This document shows, in pieces, positions 1 to 13,528 of a DNA stretch of 64,000 nt. The translations under genes and the position numbers were made by a program. A model generated the notes under the pieces. That model did not search any database. It was not told where the DNA came from and worked only from the letters and a program-made list of their open reading frames with translations. The DNA is from the human T2T-CHM13v2.0 reference genome, Homo sapiens: NCBI RefSeq assembly GCF_009914755.1, contig NC_060935.1, one strand, 5' to 3'. The first letter of the stretch is position 1, and every line of letters starts with the position of its first letter.

Positions 1-109
1 TCACCATGTTGGCCAGGCTGATCTCGAACTCCTGACCTCAGGTGGCCCGCCTGCCTCACCCTCCTCCCAAAGTACTGGGATTATTAGCGTGAGCCACCTG
101 TGCCCAGCC
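1..109 (-). mobile_element. Alu, partial at window edge
   Basis: Antisense Alu left-arm sequence (CACCATGTTGGCCAGGCTG..GAGCCAC..CCCAGCC). Confidence 0.95.
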
Positions 110-316
110 AATGCTGTTTCAAAATACATGAGTTTCATAAAAATTTGCATGGATTCATTTCAGAGTCATAAAATAGTTTCTTTTTTAAAATGTCAATATT
201 TGTAATGTATTTTAAAAATACATTCCTTGCAATATTTAAACATATATGAAAATGGCAGATGTCAACTTGAAAATATGTGAGGGGGTATGAAGCTGTTTAA
301 AATTCCTTTAGGGAGA

Positions 317-560
317 GGCCAGGTGAGGTGGCTCACAGCTTATAATCCCAGCACTTTCGGAGGCCAAGGTGGGTGTGATAGCTTGAGGCCAGGAAGTAAT
401 TCAAGACAAGCCTGTACAACAAAGTGAGACCTCATCTCTACAAAAATAAATAAATAAATAAAAATTAGCCAGGCATGGTCTTGGTCATGCCACTGCATTC
501 CAGCCTGAGCAGCAGAGCGAGTCCCTGCATGAAAATAAATAGATAAAATAAATAAAATAA
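317..560 (+). mobile_element. Old Alu (AluJ-like) with internal right-arm deletion
   Basis: Left arm, A-rich linker, shortened right arm and tail. TSD TAAAATTCCTTTAGGGA at 298-314 and 558-574. Confidence 0.9.
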
Positions 561-689
561 AATTCCTTTAGGGATACGCAAGCAAAACGTTTGAAGATTT
601 CTGCTCTAGACTACATATATATGATCAAACATGTTCTCACATTTAATGGAAGATAAACATATATATCGGCATTATACAACAAAAGTTAT

Positions 690-2153
690 AATACAAGCCA
701 CAAATGCAAGGTGCATATGTAGTTTTAGGTTTTCTAGCCACATTTTTAAAAGGAAAAAGAAACAGAAAAAAAAATTATAAGAACATATTTTATTTAAACT
801 AATATACCAAAAATATTATCACTGCGCAGAACGCAATCCATGTAAAAAATAGTGATTTTTACTTTTTTGTCCTAAGTTTCAAAATATAGTGTGTGTTTTA
901 CACTCAGAGTACATCTCAATTTAGACCAGCCACATTTCTTTTCTTTTCTTTTTTCTTAACTTTTAAGACCGGGGTATATGTGCGGGATTGTTACATAAGT
1001 AAACTTGGGTCATGGGGGTTTGTTGTACACATTATTTCATCACCTAGGTATTAAACCTAGTACCCATAAGCTATTTTTCCTGATCCTCTCCCTCCCTCCT
1101 CCCACCGTTCACCCTCTGATAGGTCTCGGTGTGTGTTGTTCCCCTCTGTGTCCATGTGTTTCCATCATTTAGCTCCTACTTACAAGTGAGAACATGTGGT
1201 GGTTCATTTTCTGTTCCTGCATTAGTTTGCTAAGGATAATGGCCTCCAGCTTCATCCATGTCACTGCAAAGGACATGATCTCATTCTTTTTTATGGCTTC
1301 ATAGTATTCCATGACGTATATGTACCACATTTTCCTTATCCAGTCTATTATTGATGGGCATTTAGGTTGACGCCATGTCTTTGCTATTGCGGGTAGTGCT
1401 GCAATGAACATACACGTACATGTGTCTTAATAATAGAACAATTTATATTTTGGGGGTATGTACCTAGTAATGGGATTGTTGGGTCGAATGGTATTTCTGT
1501 CTTTAGGATTTTGAGGAATTGCCCCACTGTCTTCCACAATGGTTGAACTAATTTACACTGCCACCAACAATGTATAAGTGTTCCTTTTTTTCCACAACCT
1601 CACCAGCATCTGTTATTTTTTTACTTTTTCATAATGGCCATTCTGACTTGTGTGAGATAGTATCTCACTGTGGTTTTGATTTGCATTTCTCTAATGATCA
1701 GTGATGTTGAGCTTTTTTTCATATGATTTTTGGTCACGTGTATGTCTTCTTTTGAAAAGTGTCTCTTCATGTCCTTTGCCTGTGTTTTAATATAGATGAT
1801 ACATATTAGACATTTGTCAGATGCATAGTTTGCAAAAAATTTCCCCCATTCTGTAGGTTGTCTGTTTAATAGTTTATTTTGCTGTGCAGAAGCTCTTTAG
1901 TTTAATTAGATCCCATCTGTCAATTTTGCTTTTTTGGCAATTGCTCTTGGTGTCTTCATCATGAAAGCTTTGCCTGTGCCTGTATCCTGAATTGTATTGC
2001 CCACGTTGTCATCCAAAGTTTTTATAGGTTTGGGTTTTACATTTAAGTATTTAATCCATCTGGAGTTAATTTTGTATATGGTGTAAGGAAGGTAGACCAG
2101 CCACATTTTAAGTGCTCAAAAACCACATGTCACTACCATATTGGAGAGTACAG
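690..2153. mobile_element. MER33-like hAT DNA transposon, split by an L1 insertion
   Basis: ..CATCTCAATTTAGACCAGCCACATTT / AAGTGCTCAAAACCACATGT..CTACCATATTGGAGAGTACAG matches my recollection of MER33. The two halves flank the L1 at 938-2092. Confidence 0.75.
938..2092 (-). mobile_element. 5'-truncated L1PA 3' end
   Basis: ORF2 C-terminal remnant (MFIAAL..IAKTW.QPKCPS..WI.KMWYIY), 3'UTR and T-rich tail. 16-bp TSD TAGACCAGCCACATTT at 922-937 and 2093-2108. Confidence 0.95.
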
Positions 2154-3364
2154 GTATATCTTCAAAACCTAGTAATTCTGGCACATCGAATTTTTAAATT
2201 CTTTTTTTTTTATGAATAGGAAGTAGAAAACTTTAAACTTCTATATAAGGACATGAGATGAGAATTAGCTATAATTAAAATAATTTTATGATAAAACTGG
2301 TTTTAACTACAATAATAAATGAAACATACTGAATTGGAAAGCAATCATGAAAAATTCATCCATGGATTTGATCCACTGTAGCTTGAAAATTTTGGCAGCC
2401 TCAGCACACATTCCAATTGCATTTAAAGCAATCAGCATCACCTACCTATATAATGTAATGTCTACTTCATTAGCTGTTCAGAGGAGCTTTTCTTTTCTCT
2501 AATGATACAACCCTAGGTATTAGTTTTTAGAATGGTTAAAAAGAATTTCTTACATTTAAATGTATTTTTTAAAGACTTGTTTGGCATTGGTATTTTTTAC
2601 CAACCTCTCACTTTGCTTTGTTTCCAGACTCCTCTCAAAGGCAATAAACTTTTTAAATAATCAGATAAAAGGTATAATCATTAGACAAAAATTGTCTGTA
2701 TTCCCACCGCCTCACTCTATGACAAAGATTCAGAGACAAATTTGAATGCTGAGAGAAGTTGCTTGCAAAGGGGCCAGCTTCCAAAAGAATGCATGCACTG
2801 AATAAAAACTATAGCAATATTTACAGACAAAAAGAACAAAGTTAGTGTTGTTTTGTCCATTATTGTCATTGAAAGAAAAACAGTAGCTTCTCATGTGATT
2901 ATTGTATATGCAAGGGGTGCTACACAACTGCTAAGGTCAGCATTGCAAGCAGTGAGCCATGTAGTTGTTTTCTAAGTGGAAGTCAATAACTTAGAAGAAA
3001 TAAACCAAATCCTTCATCCTTCATCTCTGATAGGAATTAATGCTAAGCAAAACTATTAATTGGTTTAAGAAAAGATAAAGTGTTGTTTCATGGTTTATCT
3101 CAAATTACAAAGTGTTTTCTGGACTGTGGGTCATTACGTAGTTGTTTGTTCTTATTTGTGAAAAGTGTTAGGGTAAGGTCAGGATATCACTTTTCTTTTC
3201 TCATCTGCCTGAATTCAGCATACCTTAACAGAATCTGTAAAGTACCAGAAGAGCAGTTGGACACACAGGCACATTCTTAAGCAGATGTATTTTAGGACTC
3301 CAAAATTTAAAATATGAAGCTAAGGATCTGAAAAATCAATTCCCTTAAAATTATCCATGATTAC

Positions 3365-4118
3365 AAATACTTATTCTTGTTTCTAAGAGTTTTCTAGTTT
3401 TGACTCTTATATTTGGAGTTATTCTCCAGTTGAGTTAATTTTTGTATATGGTGTGAGTTCAGGGCTCAACTTCATTCTTTTGCCTGTGGATATCCAGTTA
3501 TCCCACACCATTTATTTTTCTTTTTCAATTGAATTGTCTTGGCACTTTTTACAAATACCAATTGACCATAAGCATAATGGTTTATTTCTGGACTTTCAAT
3601 TCTATTCTATTAATCTGTATGTCTATCTTTAGATATGACACCAAAAGCACAAGAGATAGAAAAAAATAGAAGGAGCTTCATTAAAATTTAAAACATGTTA
3701 CTGCAAAGAATAGTATGAATAAAGTAGAAAGACAACCCACGAATGGGAAAAAAAATTTGAAAATCATATATCTGAAAAGATATTTGTATCCAGAATATAT
3801 ACTAACTCTTACAATTCAAAATAAAAAGGCAACACAGTTTTAAAATGGGCAAGTGATTTGAATAGGCAGTTCTCCAAAGAATATATACAAATGGCCAATA
3901 AGCATAGGAAAAGATATTCAACTTCATTGGTACAAATAAAACAGCAATGAGTTGTGACTTTATATTCTCTGGGATAGCTAAAATAAAAAAGACAATAACA
4001 AGTGTCAGTAAGAATGTGGAGAATTGAAACACTCACACATTTCTGGTGAGAATACAAAATGGTGCAGCCACTTCAGAAAACAGTTTGGCAGTTTCTAAAA
4101 ATATTGAACATGAAAGTA
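3365..4118. mobile_element. Old L1M fragment with 5' inversion (minus 3365-3629, plus 3630-4118)
   Basis: Antisense ORF2 segment joined directly to the sense segment TAGATATGACACCAAAAGCACAAG. Confidence 0.8.
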
Positions 4119-4120
4119 TT

Positions 4121-7100
4121 AGAAGAGCAAGATTACGGACTAGAAGTCTCCACCAATCATCCTCCCCATAAGGACACTAATTTAACAGCTATCTATACAA
4201 AACAAGCACCTTCATAAGAACCAAAAATCAGGTGGGCACTCACAGTACGTGGTTTCAACTTCATATCACTGAAAGAGGCACTGAAGAGTCAGGAAGAAAA
4301 AGAAAGTCTTGAATCATCAATACCAACCCCTCACCCATCACCCAGCAGCAGTGGTACACATCTCTGGGCACTAGGGGGAGGGAGAGAGCAGCAATTCTGA
4401 GACATTGAACTCAGAGCTGCCCTATTATAACAGAAAATAAAACCAGAACAAATTCAGCTGATGCCCACCCACAGAGGGAGCAATAAACCAGCCGTAGCCA
4501 GAGGGAAATCTTGGCTCTTCGATGGCATTTCTGGACCTGCCCTGGGCCAGAAGGGAGCCCATTGACCTGAAGAGTGAGTCCTAGGCCAGGCAGCATTCAC
4601 CACAAGCTGACTGAAGCAACCTCAGGTCTTAAGAGAACATCAGTGGTAGTCTGGCAGTACTCCCCATGCACCTGTGATGGTAGTGGCTACAGGTGAGGCT
4701 CCTCTGCCTTTGGGAAGAAAAGGGAAGAGTGGGAAGGACTGTGTCTTGTAGTTTGAGTGCCAGCTCAACTGCAATACAATAAAACACCAGGTAGACTTCT
4801 AAGGTTTTTGACTCTAATCACTTCCAGACGGCACTTCTCTCTCTCACTCCCAGACATCACCTCTGGACCCACCTGGAGCCTCGCAGAGCTCACCACCCTG
4901 AAGGGAAGAACACAGGCCTGGCTGGCTTTGCCACCTGTTGATTGTAGAGCCCCAGGGCCTTGAGCAAACATAGGCCATAGCTAGGGAATGATTACAGCGG
5001 GCCTTGGGAAAGACCCAGTATTGTGCTGGCTTTAGGTCTAATCCAGCACAGTCCCATTAGTGGTGACCACAGGGGTGCTTGAGTCACTCCACTCCCATTT
5101 CCATGTGGCTCAAAATAGACAGAGAGACAGACTCTGTTTGTTTGGGGAAAGTAATAGAAGAGAACAAGAGTCTCTGTCTGGTAATCCAAAGAATTCTGGA
5201 TCTTATCCAAGACCATCAAGGCAGTACTTCTACAAGTCTGCAAGAACCACAGTGTTACTGGACTTGTGGTGCCCCCTAAAGCAGTCACAGGTTGGATCAC
5301 AACAACCAAATCCTTTTGAATATCTGGAAAACCTTACCAAGAAGGATGGGTACAAACAAGCCCAGACTGAGAAAACTACAATAAATACTTGACTCTTCAA
5401 TGTCCAGCACAGATGAACATCTAAAGATATCAATAATTGATAAACAGAAAAACATGACCTCTCCATGTGAACTAAATAAGGCAGCAGGGATCAATCCTGG
5501 AGAAACAGAGATATGTGAACCTTCAGAAAGAGAATTCAAAATCTGTTTTGAGTAAACTCAAAAGAAATTCAAGAAAACACAGAGAAGGAATTCAGAATTC
5601 AATCAGGCAAATTTAACAGAGACTGAAGTAATTAAAAAGAATCAAGCAGATATTCTGGAGCTGAAAAATGCAATTGACATATTGAAGAATGTATGAGAGT
5701 CTTTTAATAGCAGAACTGATCAAGCAGAATTAGTGAGCTTGAAGACAGGCTATTTGAAAATACACAGTCAGAGAAGACAAAAAGAAAAAGAATAAAAACC
5801 AATGAAGCACACCTATGGGATCTAGAAAATAGTCTCAAAAGGGCAAATCTAAGAGTTATTGGCCTTAAAGAGGAGATAGAAAAAGAGTTAGTGGTAGAAA
5901 GTTATTTAAAGGGATAATAACAGAGAACTTCCCAAACCTTGAGAAAGATATTAACATCCAAATACAGGAAGGTTATAGAACACCAAGCAGATTTAACCCA
6001 AAGAAGACTACCTCAAGGCATTTAATAATCAAACTCCCAAAGGTCAAAGATAAAGAAAGAATCCTAAAAGAAGCAAGAGAAAGGAAACAAATAACATACA
6101 ATAGAGTGCCAAAACATGTGGCAGCAGACTTTCAGTGGAAACTCTACAGACCAGGAGAGAGTGGCATGACATATTTAAAGTGCTGAAGGATGAAAACTTT
6201 TACCCTACAATAGTATATCCGGTGAAAATATTCTCCAAACATGAAGGAAAAATAAAGATTTTCCCAGACAAACAAAAGCTGAGGGATTTCATTAACACCA
6301 GGCCTGTCCTACAAAAAATGCTAATAAGAGTACCTCAATCAGAAAGAAAATGACATTAATGAAAAATAAGAAATCATCTGAAGATACAAAACTCACTGGT
6401 AATAGTAAGTACACAGAAACACAGAATATTATCACACTGTAGTTGTGGTGTGTAAACTAATCTTAAATAGAAGTACTAAATGATGAACCAATCAAAAATA
6501 ACACAACAACTTTCAAGACATAGTACAATAAGATGTAGATAGAAACAACAAATTTTTAAAAAGTAGGGCAACAAAATTAAGACAGAATTTTTATTAGTTT
6601 CCTTTTTGCTTGTTTGTTTATGAAAATAGTATTAAGTTGTTATCAGCTTACAATAATGGGTTATGAGATAGTATTTGCAAGCCTCATGGTAATCTCAAAC
6701 CAAAAAACATACAACAAATACACAAAAAATAAAAAGCAAGCAATTAAATCATATCACCAGAGAAAACTGTCCTCACTAAAAGGAAAACAGGATGGAAAGA
6801 AAGAAGGAAGAGAAGGCCACAAAACAACCAGAAAACAAATAACAAAATGACAAAAGTACATTTTTACTCATCAATAATAACATTGAATGGAATTGACTAA
6901 ACTTTTCAGTCAAAAGACATAGAGAACCTGAATGGATTAAAAACAAACAAGACCCAATAATCTGTTGCCAACAAAATAAACACTTCACATATAAAGAAAT
7001 ACACAGACTGAAAACAAAAGGATGGAAAAGTATATTCCATGCCAATAGAAACCAAAAAAGAGCAGAAGTAGCTATACTTATATCAAACAAAATAAATTTC

Positions 7101-8750
7101 AAGACAAAAACTATAATAAGAGACAAAGGAGGTCACTATATAATGATAAAGGGGTCTGAATTGCTAAAAAGGATATAACAATTTTATATATATGCATCCA
7201 ACACTGAAGCACCCATATATATAAAACAAATATTATTAGAGCTCAAGAGAGAGATAGACTCCAATATAATAATAGCTGGAGACTCTAACACCCCACTTTC
7301 AGCATCGGAAAGGTCTTCCAGACAGAAAATCAACAAAGAAACATTGGACTTAATCTGCACTATATACCAAATGGACCTAATAGATATTTACACAACATTT
7401 CATCCAACAGCTGCAGAATATCTTTTCCTCAGCACAAAGATTATCCTCAAGGATAGACCATATGTTAGGTCATAAAATAAGTCTTAAAACATTCAAACAA
7501 TTGAAATAATATTAAACATTTTCTCTGACCATGATGGAATAAAGCTATAAAAACAAGAGGAATTTTGGAAACTATAAAAATACATGGAAATTAAACCATA
7601 TGATCCTGAATGACCAGTGAGCCAATGAAGTAATAAAAAAGGAAGTGGAAAATTTTCTTGAAACAAATGATAGTGGAAACACAACAGACCAAAACCTGTG
7701 GGATACAGCAAAAGCAGTACTATAAGGGATATTTACAGCTATAAGTGCCCACATCAAAAAAGAAGAAAAACTGCAAATAAACAACCTAACAATACACCTT
7801 AAATAACTAGAAAAGCAAGAGCAAACCAAACACAAAATTAGTAGAAGAAAAGAAATAATAAAGATCAGAGAAGAAATAAGTGAAATTGAAATGAAGAAAA
7901 CAATACAAAATAATCAATCAAACAAAAATGGTTTTCTTGAAAAGTTAAGCAAAATTTACAAAGCATTGGCCAGACTAAGAAGAGGGAAGGTCAAAATAAA
8001 TAAAATCAGAGATGAAAAAGGAGACATTATAACTGATACTGAAGAAATTCAAAGGATCATTAGTGGTTACTATGACCAATTCTATGTCGTTACATTGGGA
8101 AATCTAGAAAAAATGGGCATATCCTAGACATATACAACACACCAAGATTAAACCATGAAGAAATCCAAAACCTGAACAGACCAATAACAAGTAATGACAT
8201 CAAAGCTATAATAAGAAGTCTCCCAGTAAAGAAAAGCCCAGGACCCAGTGGTTTTACTGCTGAATTCTACCAAACATTTAAAGAAGAACTAACACCAATC
8301 CTACTCAAACTCTTCTGAAAAATAGAGGAGGAGGGATTACTTCCAAACTCATTCTGCAAGGCCAATATGACTTTGTTATTAAAGCCAAACAAAAACACAT
8401 TAAAAGGCCAAGTGCAGTGGCTCACACCTGTAATCCCAGCATTTGGGGAGGCTGAAGTGGGTGGATCACCTGAGATCAGGAGTTCAAGACCAGGCTGGCC
8501 AACATGGCAAAATCCAGTCTCTACTAAAAATACAAAAATTAGCTGTCATGGTGGTGGGTGCCTGTAGTCCTGGCTACTCAGGAAGCTGAGGCAACAGAAT
8601 TACTTGAACCTGGGAGATGGAGGTTGCAGTGAGCCAAGATTGTGCCACCACACTCCAGCCTGAGCAACAGAGCAAGACTCCCTCTCAAAAAATACTTAAA
8701 AAATAAAAAACACGTTAAAAAAGGAAAACTAGTGGCCAATATCTCTGATG
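4121..8750 (+). mobile_element. L1MA-type (L1M1-like) element: 5'UTR, decayed ORF1 and ORF2 N-terminal half; 3' half missing
   Basis: Starts GAGCAAGAT.. 5'UTR. ORF1 remnant (ETLQTRREWHDIFKVLK..FPDKQKLRDFINTRPVLQ), then endonuclease and following ORF2 remnants with many stops. Interrupted by the Alu at 8406. Confidence 0.9.
8406..8710 (+). mobile_element. AluS
   Basis: Full dimer. TSD-like AAAAACAC(A/G)TTAAAA at 8391-8405 and 8706-8720. Confidence 0.95.
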
Positions 8751-8752
8751 AC

Positions 8753-8932
8753 TTTTTGTTTGTTTGTTTGTTTTGTTTTCTGTTTTTTGTTTTGAAACTG
8801 GGTCTTCCTCTGTCACCCAGGCTGGAGTGCAGTGGCGTGATGATCTCAGCTCACTACAGCCTCGACCTCCCAGGCTCAAGCAATTCTCCCAGGAGCCTCC
8901 CAAATAGCTGGGACTACAGGCACATGCGACCA
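8753..8932 (-). mobile_element. Alu right-arm fragment (AluJ-like)
   Basis: (TTTG)n tail and antisense right arm that ends abruptly. Confidence 0.9.
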
Positions 8933-9389
8933 AAATGTGATTTCTCACCTGATCTCCCTAGTCCCCACTCTGACCGGTGTTCCATAATGGCATTCTTGTT
9001 CCTCATGGGGAAACATAGACTGATGGTTGCAAATCCCATGTCTGCCAGGGCCAACACATTAGCCATCACCATCATAGATGATTGGCCTCCACCTTCCAAG
9101 TCTTAAGTAAATGCATCTTATTGTCAGAACTTAAATCATACCTAGAACCCTATGGCAAGAAAGTTCAGTAAATGTATATTTTCTAGCCTCTGTAGTACAG
9201 GGAGTGAAGATGGTGCCTTGTACTCAGTTGGGAAAGACTGGAGTAAGAATGAACTTGAGGAAAATGTTCTCTTTTGGCCATGTTAATTTTAAATTTTAAT
9301 TAAATTTTAAATTTAAATTTAAATTTTAAAATACCGAATTTAAGGATGATGTGTTGCACAACTCTAGGGGATTCAATGGAGTGCCATCT

Positions 9390-9672
9390 ACATTTATATA
9401 TATATTTATATATATATATATAGACATATATAGATATATCTTATATATATCTATATATATAGACTTATATATAGATACATAAATATATATATTTAAATTT
9501 TTGTACAGACAGAGTCTCACTATGTTGCCTAGGCTGGTCTTGAACTCCTGGCCTCAAGTAATCCTCCTGCTTTGGCCTCCCTAAGTTATATATATTTTTT
9601 CATGTTGAGATGTATATTGATTCTGAGACATATATATGTATATATGTGTGTAAGTATATGTGTGTGTGTGTG
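9390..9672. repeat. (TA)n/(TG)n low-complexity tract with an embedded antisense Alu monomer (~9495-9585)
   Basis: Dinucleotide runs around AGAGTCTCACTATGTTGCCTAGGCTGGTCTTGAACTCC. Confidence 0.9.
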
Positions 9673-9689
9673 CACCTAAAACTATATGT

Positions 9690-10175
9690 GATGGACCTGC
9701 CTCTTAGAATCAAAGTGAAGATTGTTGGGTTCATGAGTTTAGAGCTCAGAGAAGAGGTCAGGGCCAGAGATAAAACCCAGGACATCAATATGTAAAAGTT
9801 ATGTAAAGAAAGCCGTGATACTAAATGAGATCATATAGGGAAGGAAGAGTCTAATAGCACCTCAACATTTAGAATTCAGAATGAAGAGAAAGAGCCAGCA
9901 AAAGAAGCTGGTCATGAGTAGCCAATGAGGTAGGAGAAAATGAGAAGAATGTAGTGTCATGGAGACAAAACTGTTGCATTCTGTTGAGAGATCAAGAAAG
10001 ATGCTGGCTGAGATCAACCATTCGGTTTTTGACACAGGACGGCAATTGTTACTGGTAAACAAGAGTGGTTTCATTATGATCGTGAAGAATTAGGATAGGC
10101 TAGAAGATGAGAAAGTGGAGTGGGTATAGCCAACACTTTCAGGAAATTTTACAGTAAAGAGGAGAGAAGAAATGA
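9690..10175 (+). mobile_element. L2 fragment
   Basis: Purine-rich decayed L2-like sequence (GAGCTCAGAGAAGAGGTCAGGGCCAGAGATA.., GAGCCAGCAAAAGAAGCTG). Confidence 0.65.
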
Positions 10176-10294
10176 TAGAGTAATTGTTGACTGGTGGCTA
10201 AAGATAGGTAGAATCTGTCACATTCAAAACGTAACCTTTCATTGATAAAACAAAGACACTTAAACAGGAATAGATATTGAATTTTATTAATAAC

Positions 10295-13180
10295 GATTTT
10301 TAATAGACTTTATTTTTTAGAGTTGTTTTAGGCTTACAGAAAAATTGTACGGAAACTGAGATTTCCCATGAAAACCCTCCCCATGCACACATGGTTTCTC
10401 TTATGATTAATATCTTGCATTTGTGCTATTTGTTACAACTGATAAGCCAATATTGATTCATTATTATTAACTAAGGTTTATAGTTTACCATAGGGTTCAT
10501 TTTTTGGGTTGTACAGTTTTATTAATTTTGACAAATGCTTAATGCCATGTATCCACTCTTCCAGTGTCACACAAAATAGTTTCACTGACCTAAAAATGCC
10601 CTGTGTTACAATTATTTGTCCCTTTTCTCCAAACCTCTACCAACTGAGGCAGAGAATAGGGTCTGGAGGCAGGGAACCTAAGGCCGATTCATGCTGACTG
10701 GACATCAGAGGCTACTTCCTTTTCAACCCCTCCTTTTTCTGGGTGGCAGATGAAAAATGACAATATCTCTAAATGGTCCCTTCCCATAACCAATCAGACT
10801 GGTCATGGGCCTACTCTTCACTCTGATTGGTCCCCTCCTACAACCAATCAGACTGGTGATGGGCCACTACTGCGTTTGCATAGAGTGAACCAATGGGAAA
10901 CCTCTAGATGGTATTTAAATCCCAGAAAAATCTGTAACCGACACTCTTGAGCCACTTGCTTGAGCCCACTGCCACCCTGAGGAGTGTACTTTCTTTTAGA
11001 ATAAATCTCTGCTTTTGCTGCCTTGCTTTGTTTGCGCATTTTGTCCAATTCTTTGTTCAAAATGCCAAGAACCTGAACAACTACCTTCAACCGGTAACAC
11101 AACCATTGATCCTTTTACTGTCTCTATAATTTTGTCTTTGCCAGAATGTCAAATAGTTGGAATCATATAGTAAGTAGGTTTTCAGATTGGTTTCTTTCAC
11201 TTAGCAATATACATATAAGTTTCCTCCATGTCTTTTTACAGTTTTATAGTTCATTTCTTTTATCACTGAATAATATTCCATTGTACACAGTATGTTTTTC
11301 CATTCACCCATTGAAGGATATCTTAGTTGCTTCCAATTTTTGACAATCAAGAATAAAACTGCTATAAGCATTCATGTGCAAATTTCTGTGTGGATAAATT
11401 TTCAACTCATCTGGGCAAATACCAAGAAGTGAAATTGCTGAATCATATGGTAAGCCTATGTTTAACTTTGTTAGAAACTGATAGACTATCTTCCAAAATA
11501 GCTCTACTATTTTGCATTTCCACCAGCAATGAATGAGGATTCCTGTTGTTACATATTTTCACCACTTTGTGTTGTCAGTGTTTTGGATTTTAGCCATTCT
11601 AATAGGTGTGTATTGGTGTCTTAATTTGCAATTACGTAATAACATATGATGTTGGGCATTTGTTCATATGCTTATTTGCAAACTGTATATTCTCTTTGGA
11701 GGTGCTTCAGTTCAGATCTTTTGCTCACTTTGTAATTGGGTTGTTTTAACACAATTGGGTTGGTTGTTTATTGTTAAGTTTTAAGGGTGTTTTGTATATT
11801 TTGGGTGTAAGTCCTTTATCAGATATGTGTTCTGCAAATATCTTCTCCCAGTCTGTGGCTTTTCTTTAAATTTTCTTAATATTATCTTCCACAGAGAAGT
11901 CTTTAATTTTAATGAAGTCTAAATTATCAACTTTTTCTTTCATGGATCATACTTTTGGTACTATATCTAAAAAGTCATCGTCAAACCCAAGGTCACCTAG
12001 ATTTTCTCCCATGTTGTCTTCTGGAAGTTGTGTAGTTTTTTGTGTCATGTTTAGGTCTATGATTCATTTTGAGTTCATTTTGTGAAAGGTGTAAAATCTG
12101 TGTCTAAGTTTTGTTTTGTTTATTTTGGTTTTTGGCATGGTGATGTCCAGTTGTTCCAGCACTATTTATTGAAAAGCCTTTTCTCCATTGAATTGCCTTT
12201 GCTCCTTTGTCAAAGTCCTGTTGAACTATATTTGCATGGGTCTATTTCTGCGCTCTCCATTATGTTCCACTGATCTATTTGTCTATTACTTTGTCAATGT
12301 TTTCATCACTATGGCTCAATAGTAAGTCTTGAAGCCATAGAGTGCCAATCCTCTGACTTTATTTTTTTTTTCCATATTGTGTTGGATATTCTGGTTCTTT
12401 TTCCTTTCTATATAAACTTCAGAATCTGTTTACCAATATCCATGAAATAAATTACTGTGATTTTGATTGGGATTATGTTAAATCTATATGGGAAGAACTG
12501 ACATTTTAATAACATTTTCTTGCTGTCCGTGAACATGGAATATCTTTTCATTTTTGTTTTCTTTGATTTTTTAACAGTTGTATAGTTTTCCTCATATAAG
12601 TATTATACATATTTTGTTAAGTTTATAACTATGTCATTTTTAGTGATAATATAAAAGAAGTCGTGTTTTTAATTTAAAATGTTAATTGTTCATTGCCATT
12701 AGATAGAAAAGCAATTGAGTTTTTTATATTAATCTTTTTTCCTACAAACTCACTATAATCACGTAGTGGTTCCAGGATTTTTTGTTGGTTCTTTAGAATT
12801 TTCCAAATAGATAATTATATCATCCACAAGCATAGTTATACTTATTCCTTTTCAATCCATATCCCTTTTAAATCCTTTTCTTATTTTATTGCATTAGCTA
12901 GGACTTCCAATGTGAAGTTGAATAGGAATGGTGAGGGAGACATCCTTATTTTGTTCTCAGACTTGAAGTTTCTGTCTATTCCTAGTTTTCTGAGAATGTA
13001 TATAATGAATGGGTGTTGGATTTTGTCAAATGCTTTCTCTACATTTGAAAAATTCTATAATTTTTCTTCTCTAGTCTGTTGATGTGAAAAATTACATTAA
13101 TTGATTTTTAAAATGTTGAATCAGTTTTGAATACCTGGAATAAATTCCAGTTAACCATGGTATATAATTCATTTCAAATT
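10295..13180 (-). mobile_element. L1MC-type element (3'UTR plus ORF2 3' part), split by the MER51 LTR
   Basis: TTTTTAATAGACTTTATTTTTTAGAG.. 3' end and antisense ORF2 motifs (CCACCAGCAATGAATGAG, TCCAGTTGTTCCAGCAC). Confidence 0.85.
10645..11099 (+). mobile_element. Solo LTR, MER51 family (ERV1)
   Basis: TG..CA termini (TGAGGCAGAGAATAGGGTCTGGAGGCAGGGAACCTAAGGCC..CCGGTAACA), 4-bp TSD CAAC, TATA-like TATTTAAA at 10912, AATAAA at 11000. Confidence 0.9.
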
Positions 13181-13528
13181 ACTTTTTAACTTTTATCAAG
13201 ATGATTTATATGTGATGATTTTATTATTATATTTACTAATATTGGATTTTCCTAGTATTTCTGCAATTGAACTACATGTTTTACGATGTATTCGCTTTTT
13301 AATATGTTCATAAATTAAACCTGTATTATTTCATTGAGGATGTTTCTACCTAGTGGTGGTAGTGTGGAAGCATTAGATGCTTCATACTGGAAAAGAGCAA
13401 TGGCTTTCAAATCACATTATCCTGGATCTGAATCCTAACTCCACAACTTAGTGATGGTCTGTGCTTGGACTAGTTATTTAATTTCCCTAGGACCTTAATA
13501 CTGTCCACATAAGACTGTAGGATTAAAT

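Noticed and set aside
4121-8400. Possible active L1 with ORF1/ORF2
   Set aside because: Many stops and frameshifts, and the 3' half is absent.
8914-9105. Minus-strand open frame ending at a CAG|GTGAG donor-like site
   Set aside because: No recognisable protein, weak acceptor and no partner exon. I cannot support it as an exon without RNA data.
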